NCBI GenBank assembly: GCA_052327205.1 | Contig: CM126219.1 | Span: 40,982,001 to 41,046,000 of the forward strand | DNA: 64,000 nt | Direction of reading: 5' to 3' | DNA from: Somniosus microcephalus | Taxonomy: Eukaryota | In this document: in pieces, positions 1 to 12,685 of the stretch | Position numbering within the stretch: position 1 is the stretch's first letter | Layout: each line of letters opens with the position of its first letter | Program-made: the position numbers and the translations under genes | The notes under the pieces: generated by a model | What the model saw: only the letters and a program-made list of their open reading frames with translations | What the model was told of the DNA's origin: nothing | Databases searched by the model: none

Positions 1-1087
1 ACATATTAGGTGCAAAAAATGGTGTTATGTACAGTCGTGACAACCAAAAGTGTGACATCAAAATGTGAGGATATATCATTTAAACGTTTTTGTACCACAG
101 CACACATTCTAGAATCTCTTCAAACCAGGATTTCACTGGAATCCCAAGCATGACTCAATATTTTAAATCTTGTAGTTCTACATAAACCATTTAATCGAAT
201 CCTTTAAACTGAGGTGTGGATTTTCTATGGGTCAAATTGGCACCGAATTATTCACTTGGAAACCATTCGAGCATTGCTTATTTGGCGATAGATGTTTTCA
301 GGCCAGCCGACCATCACTATTCATTGTATTGGTTTTCAGCACTAATCGTATTCAGTTCATAATATAAAAAGCAAAATACATAATAATAGGAGCTCCGTAC
401 ATTACAAAGCACTAATTCCATGAAGATGTCAGATAGCACCTAAACTATTAACATAAAGCTTGAACAGTGCATAAATGTCATCTGAGCTTTGAGATAGAAT
501 TATTGCCTTGTAATTCACTTTCTGGAATGTTTTGTACAATCAATACTATATCTTCCTGTGTAATTTATTGAAGATACTGGATGCTGGCAGCTACCTATGA
601 GTGGGATTAGTGTGGCAGCTTGACAAACTGTGTTGCAGCAATTATAAATGAAGATTGTTTCGTTACCCATAATGTTCTGAGTAATTTAAACAAATCTTGG
701 GGTATGTGATGGTTTGAATGAGATTTTCATTGCTTTGTACTTTATAATCAGTCCTTTGATATGAAATGCGGTTAGCATTATTGGAAAGATTAACGTATAA
801 CAACAATTGGTGACATATGGCCTGCAGAATTGTCATTATCATAGATATATGCCTAGAAATGACTGTTGATGCAAAGCATTACACTGGTGGCAATTGAGTG
901 ATGGAGGGAAGCATTTGGGAATCAGTGATTTTGCATGATTGCTTTCCTGTCACTTGATTTGCTTGAGAAAGCCGCACAGAAGGAAAGTAGAGTGTACGGA
1001 GGTGGCACCAGAAGTATATTATCTGGACCCACCACTGTGTCACCCATTGTATTTATAGCTCCATGCATAGCTCTCTGGAAATGACTC

Positions 1088-1173
1088 AGATCAGCCATGA
1101 TCTTATTGAATGTCGGAGCAGGCTCGAGGGGCCAAATGACCTACTCCTACTCCTACGTCTTATGTTCTTATGT
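1088..1173 (+). mobile_element. CR1 LINE 3' tail remnant
   Basis: GATCAGCCATGATCTTATTGAA...GGAGCAGGCTCGAGGGGCC...TTATGTTCTTATGT, the same tail as the CR1 copies at ~20600 and ~43135. Confidence 0.8.
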
Positions 1174-2723
1174 AAGCACTAATTCTGGAGGCTTAGGTTT
1201 AGGAGGGAGATAGTTACAGAGATGCGGCTTCAGATCTGCAGATAACCTCGGACATCAGTGACCATCAAGGTAATCATGGGCTTCATTTTTTATGCCTGAA
1301 GTTCCTTCCAGGATAGCACAGGGAATGTCAGCAGTATCAGTTAACAAATGTCTATAAGTGACTAATGCATAATTCAGCAGAGCCAATGCCTTTATCTCCG
1401 GTGTACAGCAGCATGACAGAGCTGCCCCACAAGACCAGATTGCTCGATTTCTGAAAGTACAGAGGTTATTGGTGGTACCCATAGGGGACTTAATCACTAT
1501 GGGAATAGAAAGAGGTTCTACTTCCATCAAGGAGCTGCCAGTCAGAAATTGCCAACACCATATCATGTAGGTCAATGCCCACATTAATTATAAGCTACTA
1601 TTTTCATCCAACTGCTTTCCCCCTAGTATGGCCCATTTCCGCCCATCTGGAAGTTGGCCCATCCCATCGCACTTGGTGTTCTGCCTTCCACTCCTATGCT
1701 GGGTCGCGATTCAGCTGGGGAAGCAGGATCTCTCAGCGTAGGGAGGCCCTGGCCTTGTCCCTAACCTCAGGGCTTCCTCCTGGCATCATTGGCCTTGTAA
1801 GGGCAGGTGGACCCTTAAAAGGTTAACCAGAAAATCCTGGAAATGCCAGGGACCGAGTGCAACCAGATTCCTGCCATTTTCTGATGGGTTCTGCTGGACT
1901 TCTGTCAGAGTTATGGCACGTGTTCAGCGTAACCGCTAAAGAAATTTGGGGCCGATGCACTGAACTCCATTGATAACTGATTATATTTTACTGCACATTA
2001 GATTAGATGAGAATAGCATGCTCTGAGTGTAATTTTAGGCAAGTAATACAATTCTTAATGCCAGTTGTTAAATTCATATTTCTGAGATGACTTCATGCAT
2101 ATTTTGAAATATTTTATCAGTGTTCTTTATCCGTGAGTTGTAATTTCCTGCCAGAATCAAAGGGTTAATTCTGTCAAAGTAGAAAACAATAGTTCACCTG
2201 GCAAAATTACCCATGTAACAGTTTTACAAAGAACAATGAATGCCTATCGCAAGGAAACCATGAAAAAAACTAATCATGCCAGCAGAGATCATGGAGCATG
2301 ATTTTTTTGATTCACGTAAAAGCCTATACTGTGAAAGAGCTATTGTATGCAGTGATCTCAGCCTGGATAACTACAGTTGGAAATGTTTCCCAGACTTCTT
2401 TTGGCTGTTTCTCTAAGTAATAATTTAAGATTGCTGAGTGTGACAAAGGGCTGAGAGACACAAGCTAGCTCCATGTTACTGGCTCCATGTTGCTTTCTAG
2501 CCAAGGAGCCAGCTATGTACTTTTTAAAGTTCTCTTCACACTGGCTGCATTTTATATTTATATGCTATAGGCATATAAATAGTAAAAGGGTAGTAAGAGG
2601 AGGGGTGGGGCCGATTAGGAACTAAAAATGAAACCTATGCATGGAGGCAGAGGGTATGGCTGAGGTACTAAACGAGTACTTTGCATCTGTCTTTACCAAG
2701 GAAGAAGATGCTGCCATAGACAT

Positions 2724-2971
2724 TGTGGTGTATGTAACTTGTTCCACCTTAAGAGAACTTAAACCTGTTCCACCTTAAGAGATGTACTACTTTCTCTGGC
2801 TGCTGTATACGGTGATACCGGTGGTGACCACACCGGTATATAAGTGCTGTGTAGTAATTTGCTGGGTAGTACAGCCCTAACCTCCGAATAGTAAAGACCT
2901 ATTGAAAAGTTATTCTTGTAGTCTGTGTCAGTAATTGACCTTAAATATAACTGGAACACACAGACTTAACA
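2724..2971 (+). mobile_element. Solo LTR, 248 bp
   Basis: TG...CA ends, 5-bp TSD GACAT (2719-2723 and 2972-2976), TATATAAG and AGTAAA signals. Removing it restores the CR1 sequence. Confidence 0.85.
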
Positions 2972-4026
2972 GACATAGTAAAGGAGGAGGTAGTGGAGAT
3001 ACATGATAGGATAAAAATTAATAAAGAGGAGGTATTAGAAAGGCTGGCTGTACTTAAAGTAGATAAATCACCAGGAGCGGATGGGATGCATCCTAGGATG
3101 CTGAGGGAATTGAGGGAGAAAATCGCGAAGGTACTGACCACAATATTCCAATCCTCCTTAGATACGGGGCTGATGCCAGAAGACTGGAGAATTGCAAATG
3201 TTACACCATTGTTCAAAAAAGGGTGTAAAGGTAAACCCAGCAACTACAGGCCAGTCAGTTTAACCTTGGTAGTGGGGAAGCTTTTAGAAATAGTAATCAG
3301 GGACAAAATTAACAGTCACTTGGACAAGTGTGGATTAATTAAGGAAAGCCAGCACGGATCTGTTAAAGGCAAATCGTGTTCAACTAACTTGATCAAGTTT
3401 TTTGATGAGGTAACAGAAAGGGTTGATGAGGGCAATGCGGTTGACGTAGTGTACGTGGATTTCTAAAAGGTATTTGACAAAGTGCCACATAATAGGCTTG
3501 CCAGCAAAGTTGAAGCCCATGGAATAAAAGGGACAGTGACAGCATTGATATGAAATTGGCTAAGTGACAGGAAACAGAGAGTAGTGGTGAACGGTTGTTT
3601 TTCAAACTGTAAGAAGGTATACAGTGGTGGTCCCCAGGGGTCAGTACTAGGACCACTGCTTTTCTTGATATATATTAATGACTTGGGCTTGGGTGTACAG
3701 GGCACAATTTCAAAATTTGCAGATTGACACAAAACTTGGAAGTATAGTGAACAGTGAAAAGAAGTGTGATAGACTTCAGGAAGACATAGACAGGCTGGTG
3801 AAATGGGCTGACACGTGGCAGATGAAATTTAACGCAGAAAAGTGTGAAGTGATACATTTTGGTAGAATTAATGAGGAGAGGACATATAAACGAAATGGTA
3901 CAATCCTGAAGGGGGTGCATGAACAAAAAGACCTAGGGGGGTATATGTGCACAAATCGCTGAAGGTGGCAGGGCAGGTTGAGAAGGCAGTTAAAAAGGGA
4001 TCCTGGGCTTCATAAATAGAGTTATC

Positions 4027-6492
4027 GGGCTGGATTTTGATTCTGGAGGCATGTAGGAGGCAGGACTACAACTTTTGGGGTTGTAGTCCCACCTCCATCG
4101 AGTTGTGGCCAACCTATACGATTTTCACTCGATTGACCTTGTTGAGCCCACCCAGCGGGCTCAGCAGGCCAATTAAGGGCCACCCGGCAACAGGTGACAT
4201 CACAGATTGACATTTCATCTGTCAAGAGCTTTTAACAGATGAAATATCAGCGTTTGACAGCTCTTTGAAGCTGTCAAATACTGACAATTGTAAGATTCAC
4301 AAAATTTCCACATTTCCCCAAGGTTATTATTAATAAAAGGGACCCTGCATGGACATTTTAATGAAAAGGGTACCCAAAGATGGCGTCCGCACCTCGTGGC
4401 CAAAAGCCTGCAAGATTTTAAAAGCTTGGACTCTGTGGCACAAGCAGCTTTTGGGGAAATCGAAATCTAAGCTGCAGTTTCTGTGAAGAAAGACTTTTGC
4501 ATTTTGAAAAGCAGACAGCAGGACTCTGAATTATGCATTAAGCCAAATCGCAGACAGACCAAAACCAGTTAGGCCTATACTTGAGGCCATCAAGCTGTTT
4601 GCATAAATAATCGGAAACAGCTTAAGGAAGCCATCGAGGCTGGGCAGGCCGATTAAGATGCATTAATAACAAAACAACTCGATAATCAGGCCAGTAGGTG
4701 CGCTCACCGGCCATCTAAAAACAGTTAGTTTAGATTGCTACAATTATTTAAACTAGCCCGCCAAGATTGGAACAATGAACTAACCTGATTTGGCGTGCAG
4801 ATAAGGGTTTTCGTAAGGAGTATAACTGAAGGCCCCAGGTAGCAATCTCTCTCTTGCTCTTGCTCTTGACTCTGCTCTCTGCTCTCGTGGCTCCGGCCTC
4901 GTGGGCTGCTGCTCATACTCGTGCCCTGGCCTCGTGGTGGGCTCTCTCCCCGGAGCAGATTTTCAGTAGCCAGTTACACCATACCAACTGCAAGGAAGGG
5001 GAACGAGACCCAAGTCCATAGCCATCCAGGACGCCCAGGCCGCAGAAAGGGGCGAGACGAAGTCGAGCAGGTAGCCCAGGACTTGTATAGTAGTCCGGCG
5101 AGACGAGACGAGTGGAGACGAAGAAGACGATAACAACTCGATAAGGGCAGAGCAGGGCAGCGAAAAATGTATCGATATGTAAACCAAGCGCCTAGTTATA
5201 AGCTGGCGCTTGGGAAGACAAGTATCTCGTTGAACACTGCAAAAACACAGGTGGCCATGCCACGACGAATAGACTGGCGTTCTTAAGCTTGGGTAGGAAT
5301 AATCTAGGCTGTTAAAACTGCCAACTGCCCTGCAGGCACGACGGTGCCGCCGCCGACCGCCCGAGGGAGAAGAAGAGGAGAACCCATTGCGACGAGACGA
5401 CGATGGCAGCGGAGGGGAGAAGGTGTGTCGCAGTAGCAGACCCAGGACCGCGCCCCTGAAGACCACGTGGCGACGGGGGTACCTAGAAGGACCAGAAACC
5501 AGACTTCAAAACTCGCACTCGTTAACAGTTGGCTTTTATCTTTGGATTGGTGAGCATGAATTCTGGCCCTCGTAGCTTAATCTAGTTAGGTATAAGGGGT
5601 GGGATAAGGATAAGGGGATTGTTAAGATAGTTGTTTTCCCTCGATGTGCCGTGTGTTCCCCATTCCTTGTATAAGTATAGTTATTTGTATTTGCCTATAA
5701 TTTTATACCAGTAACTTTTCATAAGATTGTGTTAATTTCTATTTTAATAATATCTTGGTTTTCTTACATCCAAACCACCTGTCTACTCGAGTCTTTTCTG
5801 TATCGCCGCCTGTACCCAAGTCCGATGTCTAGAACCCAGGGGCGTGGGAGCGATTTGAACCGCTCACAAACAGTCAGGGGCATAACTGACTGGGCGCACG
5901 CGCCAACCCAACCACCCCCTACACAATCTGTACTCCAAGTTAATTCCTTCCTCTAAGGCTGATTTAGAGATCTCTTCAGAACAGAAAGCAGAATGCTCAC
6001 GGCCATTCTGCTTTCTGTGCCGGTGAGATGAGGGACTCCCGAGACCTGAAGGAAAGAAGGCTGTAAAGGTAATAAAGGTAAGTAAAACTTCTTTAAACAC
6101 TTTACACACACAAAACACACTTACCTCTTCACTCATGCACCCATCACTCACCTGAACACCGGACATCTCGAACCCTCCAAGTCCATCAGCCCGACGGCCT
6201 GCCTCGCTAACTTGGCGTGGTTTGGAGCCATCGGGAATCCCACACTTCAGGAATAAAAATAGGGATTAGGCTAAAAACTGCCTGTTAACTACCTGTTAAC
6301 AGGCAGTTAATTGGCACTAATCCCCTTCCCGCCTCGGGGAGGCAGGTCCCAGTGCGGGTCGGGTACCCGCCTCCTTTGAAACTGGCATAGAGGCGGGTTG
6401 GGGCGGGATGGGTTCGTGCCCCCCCGATTTTGAGATTTTAACCCCCCACATGCCTCCAATCCCGCCTCCACGGCCCAATGAAAATCCTGCCC
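4027..6492. mobile_element. Non-autonomous PIF/Harbinger-type element (about 0.83 kb once the nested LTR is removed)
   Basis: TIRs GGGCTGGATTTT / AAAATCCTGCCC. Subterminal sequence resembles the ends of the Harbinger at 23648-31974. Flanks ATC/ATA. Confidence 0.7.
4289..5923 (+). mobile_element. Long solo LTR, 1635 bp (Gypsy or ERV1-like)
   Basis: TGTAAG...CTACA ends, 4-bp TSD CAAT (4285-4288 and 5924-5927), AAGATGGCG motif near the 5' end, CT-rich tract after a TATAA-like box. Confidence 0.75.
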
Positions 6493-8274
6493 ATAGAGTA
6501 CAAAAGTGTGGAAATGATGATGATCCTGTATAAAACACTGGTTCGGTCCCAACTGTGTCCAATTCTGGGCACCACACTTTATGAAGGATGTGAAGGCCTT
6601 AGAGAGGGTGCAGAAAAGATTTACAAGAATGATTCCTGGAATGAGGGACTTCAGTTACATTGATAGACTGGAGAAGCTGGGGTTGTTCTCCTTGGAGCAG
6701 AGAAGATTGAGAGGAGATTTGATAGAGGTGTTCAAAATCATGAGAGGTCTAGACAGAGTAGATAGAGAGAAACTGTTCCCACTGGCAGAAGAGTTGAGAA
6801 CCAGAGGACACAGATTTAAGGCGATTGGAAAAAGAACCAAAGGCAACGTAAGAAAAAACTTTTTTTACGTAGCGAGTGGTTATGATCTGGAATGCACTGC
6901 CTGAAAGGGTGGTGGAGGCAGACTCAATCACGGCTTTCAAAAGGGAGTTGGATAAATACGTGAAGGAAAGAAATTTGCAGGGCTACGGGGAAAGGGCGGA
7001 GGAGTGGGACTAGCTGAAGTGCACTAGCAGAGAGCCGGCACAGGCTCGACGGGCCGAATGGCCTTCTTCCGCGCTGTAACCATTCTATGATTCTATTCTG
7101 TTAATTATACTGCAGCAAATAGGAAAGTAAAATGGTTTGAGACTACCTTCTGCTGGTGGTTTCATAAATCTTATCCAATGCAGTTTGACTATTAAAAAAT
7201 ATTTAAACTTGGCAATTAATCTATTCAAAATAAATTTCACACCCTTCACACCCAAACCACATTGCATGATATGTGAATGCAATGTGAAGTTGAACCCACT
7301 TCACATCAACACAAATTGTGTTGTATAATTAATAGGCACCTTTAACATTTACTCACAAAATAATTTGATCTCACTGTAATAATCTCATTAAAAGTTTAAC
7401 ATGAAATTAATGATGGAAATTACCTTTGGCTGTAAAATCCTATTGGAAGTATCAGGCAATTCAATTCATTTTGGGTCACAGGGGTTTCTAGTCTATTTTA
7501 CTTACCACATAAATACAGACCCTTTTGTTCATTATTGTGAAAACAGCTTTCATAATGAATTAAAAAATCACCCTATGACAAATACAGCACATTGTCAGGA
7601 GAAAGTTCAGGTGAACTACAGTGGGTCATTTTCTCTGGGAAAGTAGTTTAATTTTTCACGTTGGAATCAGATAAGCAGCAATGAGCATGTAGATGTACAA
7701 TGTTGATTAACAATTTAGGCCAAGATATGCATGAGTGGCTTAGAAGATACAAGATAAGTTCATTGGAAACACTACAGGGGTAAAATATTGCAGCAGAATA
7801 AAAGGCGGTGCTGTGCCCTGAACTCATATCTGCGAAGAGCTGGGTTTGCGTGGTCACAATTCAAATGACCTATGGTCTGCTGTCAGACAGTGAGGAGCCC
7901 TTCACTGGTGTAACTCTAAGGAACACAAAGAAAAGAAAGGTTTCTGCTCAAGTTCTGCTACTGGTTGCATTCAGAGCACAAGAGGACACAAAGAAAAGAT
8001 ATCATCTTGGACAGATATCGTGGCGGAATAACCTTGGAGATAAAAGTTATCACTGTTAATGAAAAGAATCAACTAAGCCAAAACTAAATTAAATCAGCCT
8101 ATATGCTAAAGTAACATGATGTGTTGTAAAAACATTCTTGACTAAAATGGCATTTTAGGACTTCAGGAGTAAACTTGAGCTCAGTGTATGAATTTCAGTC
8201 AATGACCTGTTATTCCAGTGCATTCTATTGCAGAAGTCCACATTCTGTCCCATTCAAACCAGAGTTTTTGCTGA

Positions 8275-8560
8275 TACAAGGAGAAGGGCAGCAGGCGCAT
8301 GGGAACACCACCACCTCCAAGTTCCCCTCCAAGTCACACACCATCCTGACTTGGAAATATATCGCCATTCCTTCATCGTCACTGGGTCAAAATCCTGGAA
8401 CTCCCTTCCTAACAGCACTGTGGGAGTACCTTCCCCACACGGACTGCAGCGGTTCAAGAAGGCAGCTCACCACCACCTTCTCAAGGGCAACTAGGGATGG
8501 GCAATAAATGCTGGCATTGCCAGCGATGCCCACTTCCCAGGAACGAATATAAAAAAAATA
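8275..8560 (+). mobile_element. 3' end of a second CR1-clade LINE family (family B)
   Basis: KSWNSLP...GLQRFKKAAHHHLL, then GGGCAATAAATGCTGGC...GCCCAC and an A-rich tail. Matches 14703-15262. Confidence 0.8.
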
Positions 8561-9299
8561 AAAACAGTTAGTTCACACTAGCCTGCTTTTACAATTAGTT
8601 TACATTAATCCTGTCAGTCACTGCTAACAAAGTCAGACCATCTGTTTTTTGCTGTGCTCCTGGGTAGCATCCTTATTGCAGGATGCTTTTGGCTTTGTGA
8701 TCTACAAGTGGGCTAGGTTTCACTATGGTAGGATCTGGACAACATGGCACTACTGCTTTCTTGACATAATAGGACATTTGGGAAATTGAGGAGCAGCCCG
8801 TCCAATTCATTGTTGACTGGTGACTCAATTCCACCAATGGCAATGTCTCATTTTTTCCTGTTGCTGGAAATCCTAATGTAATGCAGAGGACTCCAATACA
8901 CACTATGTGACTCTTGCTGAGCTTTTTTGTATCATTAGTTGGACAGAAGACAATTCAAAAACAAACCTTGTATTCTGTTTCTATTACTATAGCAAAACAT
9001 AACAAAATCAATGTGCTATTGTTTCTTCAAATGTAATAAATGATCATTCCATCTCATAAAATAAAATATCTGATTTAGTCTTCTCCTTCCTTTAACCTTC
9101 TAACACAATTCTCAGTTGATGCCTAGAGGCCCGTAGCCACAGGATAAATGCTGCATTAGACTCCCATTATTTCTAACACTCCCATTTAACGCACGCCCGT
9201 CACAGGTCAATGTCACACACCAGCTGTCACACTTCAAAGTGTCATATTTGTTACAAATGCAAAGCAATCTTAAATGTAAATTAGAAACTTGCTCTGAAG

Positions 9300-9480
9300 G
9301 CAAACCAATTTGTGCACAGTAATGTTCCAAAAGCAGCAATTTGATAAATGACCAGTACATCTGTTTTTGTATTGTTTTAGGGAGGAATGTTGGTTAGAAT
9401 ATTGGGAGAATTCCCTTCATGTTCTTTATGAAGTGGCATAGGGTCTTTTATACCCACCTGAGCAAGTAGATGGGACATCT
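9300..9480 (-). mobile_element. Degraded Deu-domain SINE fragment
   Basis: Reverse-complement similarity to the Deu SINE at 11437-11760. Confidence 0.55.
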
Positions 9481-9573
9481 CATCTATTTCATGTAAAATA
9501 ATGCAATAAATGACCTAATAATTTTTTTAAACTATTTCTGGTGTGTATGTATAATGTTTAGGTGGGGACTTTA

Positions 9574-10399
9574 GGGTAGAAATTTCAGTGGCGCATTGGC
9601 GCTGCCAGAATTGCATCCGAGGCATGGGGTCATTTCCTATTGTGGGCAGGTACCCACGCTAGCAGCAGTGCAACATGGCACCCACCCCGCACGCTGCACA
9701 TTGGAGTGGCATCTATCATTCTTAGAGGGGAAGCTACAAATTAGCCAGGCTGAAGTTTTAAGGTAGGAATTTAGATTTACTGTATTGCATGCTGGCAGGT
9801 CCGCAATCCAATGGCAATCAAGATTTATTGAATTAATTTCACAATGTGCCACACTGGCGTTTGAACCCATGACACTGAGTTGCTGATCCAGTCGCACCCC
9901 AATTGCGGTATGTCATGCTTTACGTGGTATTGCTTGAAAGAAGCATTCCAGGGTAATCACACACCAGTGTAGCTTGATCGGCTGCACCAACCACTAGCCA
10001 TTTCTACAGTCAATGGAACACCTACCTGGCAACAACTGTAAGAAACTGTCTTCACAGGTCAGTAAAGAGCCAGGTGCAGAACTGCGCCAACTGCAACAAG
10101 GACACCTGCAGCTGACATGCAGCATAGGGCTGGCACTGTCAGTGACAGCAATGGTCTGCTTCAGCCTCAAATCTGCCTCTAACTCCTTCCAGGCTTCTTG
10201 CAATGCTGACCAATGGAAATTATGCTCTAGAGTAGCAAACAGGACCACGACCCTCACAATCCCCTCATACAGCACCACCTCTACTTGAGCAGCTAGCAAA
10301 CAGGGAGTTGGGTACTGGCTGCTCCTTCACTTGCCTGCAGATGCTATTTTGTGCCTCTATTTCGATTTTGCCTGTCACTTCTTACCTGTCTCTCCATAC
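9574..10399 (-). pseudogene. Old Harbinger remnant with a degraded Myb/SANT-like exon (about 9994-10299)
   Basis: TIR-like GGGTAGAAATTTCAG at 9574. Peptide EVVLYEGIV..VLF....ALQEAWKEL resembles the Myb/SANT exons at ~31460-31700 and ~60700-60924. Confidence 0.5.
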
Positions 10400-10576
10400 T
10401 GTTGTATCCATGTGTTAATAGAGACACTGAATGCAGGAGTTGGTTTCACAGGTGTTTACTGAACAAAGTCTGGAGGTGAACTAACTGATACAACACAATA
10501 TACAGGCTTATATAGCCCGAGTGGCCATTACCGGCATTACAGTACACAGGGGGCTCTTAAAGGCACATACACTACA
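10400..10576 (-). mobile_element. Solo LTR, 177 bp
   Basis: TG...CA ends, 5-bp TSD CATAC (10395-10399 and 10577-10581), minus-strand CTATATAAG and AGTAAA. Confidence 0.8.
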
Positions 10577-10625
10577 CATACAGCCTTCTAAAAGGCTGCC
10601 AATGAGCAGAACTGTCAGAGATGTG

Positions 10626-11436
10626 GGCCTAGAAATTCAGTATCGCCACGTTTGGGGCGCTGCAGCCGGGCATTCGCTAAATTTAGCGACCGCCGCAACT
10701 TTGCGCCACCTTCACCGAAATTGAGTTGCATCGCCCCAAGAGGTTGCTGCTGCGCTAAAGCAGGCGGTGCACGACTATCATAAGGCGCTAAGCCGGTGAG
10801 CCGAGGTGCTACCACCGAGGGCGGGCGCAGCGCATGTGCGGCGAGTTGCTGATTGAAGGCAGACACGCTGGCGCCGGTCAGCTCTTAAAGGGGGAGGGTC
10901 GATTTGGTTTGCTACCACGCCCTGCACACTGCAGCCCTGAAGCAAGGCCTGACCATAGCTGCTTCAACAGTTCAACGCCCAGGACAATGGAGAAGGCTAG
11001 GGTGCGAGCGCTGAGTCAAAGCAGAAAGCTCTCTCCCTTTGTCTCTCTCCAAATATCTGTCTCTCACACAGAAAGATTGGCACAAAATGGCTGTCACTTA
11101 TAATGCAGGAGGAGTCCCCTTTAAATAGCGCCCCCCACGCCCCGCAGCGACTGGGAACCGTTCCCCTCTACCAGTCGCTGGGGGCGCCAGGCGCACAGAA
11201 GGGGGGCGCCACTGAAGTTCCGGTTTGGGGCGCACCAGGGGCGTTGCACCATGAAATGACATCAGGATCTGCGCGCGCAGCTGAGTGGGCGCTGCGGTTT
11301 TGCGCCGCCGCTAAATCTTGAGTGAAGTTCGCGAGAGGCGCAGATCGCGCTGCGCCCGGGCACTAGCCGCTTAGCGCCCCACTTCTCCTCCTCCTAAGGC
11401 GCTAGCGGCTGGCGCTAACAACTGAATTTCTAGGCC
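10626..11436. mobile_element. GC-rich Harbinger-type MITE (GGCCTAGAAATTCAG family), inserted in a Deu SINE
   Basis: TIRs GGCCTAGAAATTCAGT / ACTGAATTTCTAGGCC, flanks GTG/GTC. Confidence 0.85.
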
Positions 11437-11760
11437 GTCATCTTTAAGATGAGATGTTAAACTGAGGCCCCATCTGCCCTCTCAGATGGACCTAAATGGC
11501 ACAATACAAAGAAGAGCAAGGGTGAGTTCCTGATGTCCTGGCCAATATTTATCCCTCAACCAACATCACTAAAACAGATTATCTAGTTATTTATCTCATT
11601 GCTGTTTGTGGGACCTTGCTGCATGCAAATTGACAGCCGCATTTCCCTACATTATAACAGTTACTGCACCTCAAAAGTGATTCATTGGAAGTGAGGCACT
11701 TCGGGATGTCCTGAGGTCATGAAAGTTGCTATATAGATGCCAGTCCTTGCTTTTCTTTCT
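11437..11760 (+). mobile_element. Deu-domain SINE (SacSINE1/AmnSINE1-like); its 5' part lies at ~10600-10625
   Basis: GATGAGATGTTAAACTGAGGCCCC...CCCTCAACCAACATCACTAAAACAGATT...GCTGTTTGTGGGA...TGAAAGTTGCTATATAGATGC, recognised Deu-domain sequence. Confidence 0.8.
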
Positions 11761-12685
11761 TATTGCAACACTATGATGGGGGATAAATCCATGGGTGACA
11801 CAGCAACTCAAAATTCCCGTTGGACTGTTACCAAAAAAAAGCCGTATATCGCAATATGCCAACTAAGACACCCAAATATTTGCTGGAAAGCATTATGATT
11901 AAGATGACGGGCAGCAGCAATAGCCTCACATAAACATTACCTGCTGGATGATAGCGTAATAATCACATTAGTAACACTTTCACTCTCAAATGTTCCGCCC
12001 ACACAACAGTTAGTGATGTTAGCATGTGCAAGCATGTGTTTGGACTTTAAGTGGTTAATTGGTGGTCTAGTTCTGTTACTAAATTCATATACACAGGAAG
12101 CAGAATCCAAGCCACCAGTCAACCAGGATGTTCCATTTCAATAAAAACATGGCAATCCACTCAGGGACTGATGCCATGCCTTCCCGCAAAGGCCGTTTGA
12201 ATGAATGATATTGTATGAGCAATATTTAAAGCATAAACCGTTGCTTATTTTCACTGTATGGGCAGATTTGTACTTTCCTGGTGTTTCCTGAAGGTTTATG
12301 TTCAGCTAAACACATAAGTATATGATACAAGAACAGGGTGCCTATTTTGTTTCTTAAAATAACGTGCTAGTTTCAGCCAAAAGAGCCAAAAAGTCAAAAC
12401 CACTTGAAATGGGGTTTTGTTCCCTGCTCTCATTTCCTCAGTTTGTATTACAGCCACAGACTAATTTTAAATGTGAAATTTAATGTGTATCATTGGCTCT
12501 TATTTATAGTACATTGTTTAAGTGATTAATAATAAAATCTAAAATTAATGTCGTTATATTTCATTATTCAGTGATGCAGTGCTGTGGGACATAGGATATC
12601 CGTTTCTCCCTACTTAAATCCTGACTCACTATAACACTGGTGGCCAACATGTCTGAATTTTTGTAAATTCAGCATTAGGGATTAT

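Larger units (their letters stand above)
2570..7098 (+). mobile_element. 5'-truncated, degraded CR1 LINE (ORF2 RT), interrupted by a solo LTR and a Harbinger MITE
   Basis: ORF pieces KSPGADGMHPRML, NYRPVSLT, DVVYVDF and FTRMIPG. The sequence resumes at 6493 (ATAGAGTACAAAAG) and ends in an (ATTCT)-type tail at ~7083-7098. Confidence 0.9.

Noticed and set aside
1255-1955. Possible old Harbinger transposase or MITE remnant
   Set aside because: Only a faint peptide resemblance and one TIR-like end.
4963-5466. 167-aa antisense ORF in the long LTR
   Set aside because: Low-complexity Ser/Arg sequence from GC-rich DNA, with no recognisable motif.
4434-6244. Alternative LTR boundaries TGTGG...CCACA with AATAAA and a splice donor (foamy-virus-like)
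   Set aside because: There is no TSD at these ends, whereas 4289-5923 has a perfect CAAT TSD.
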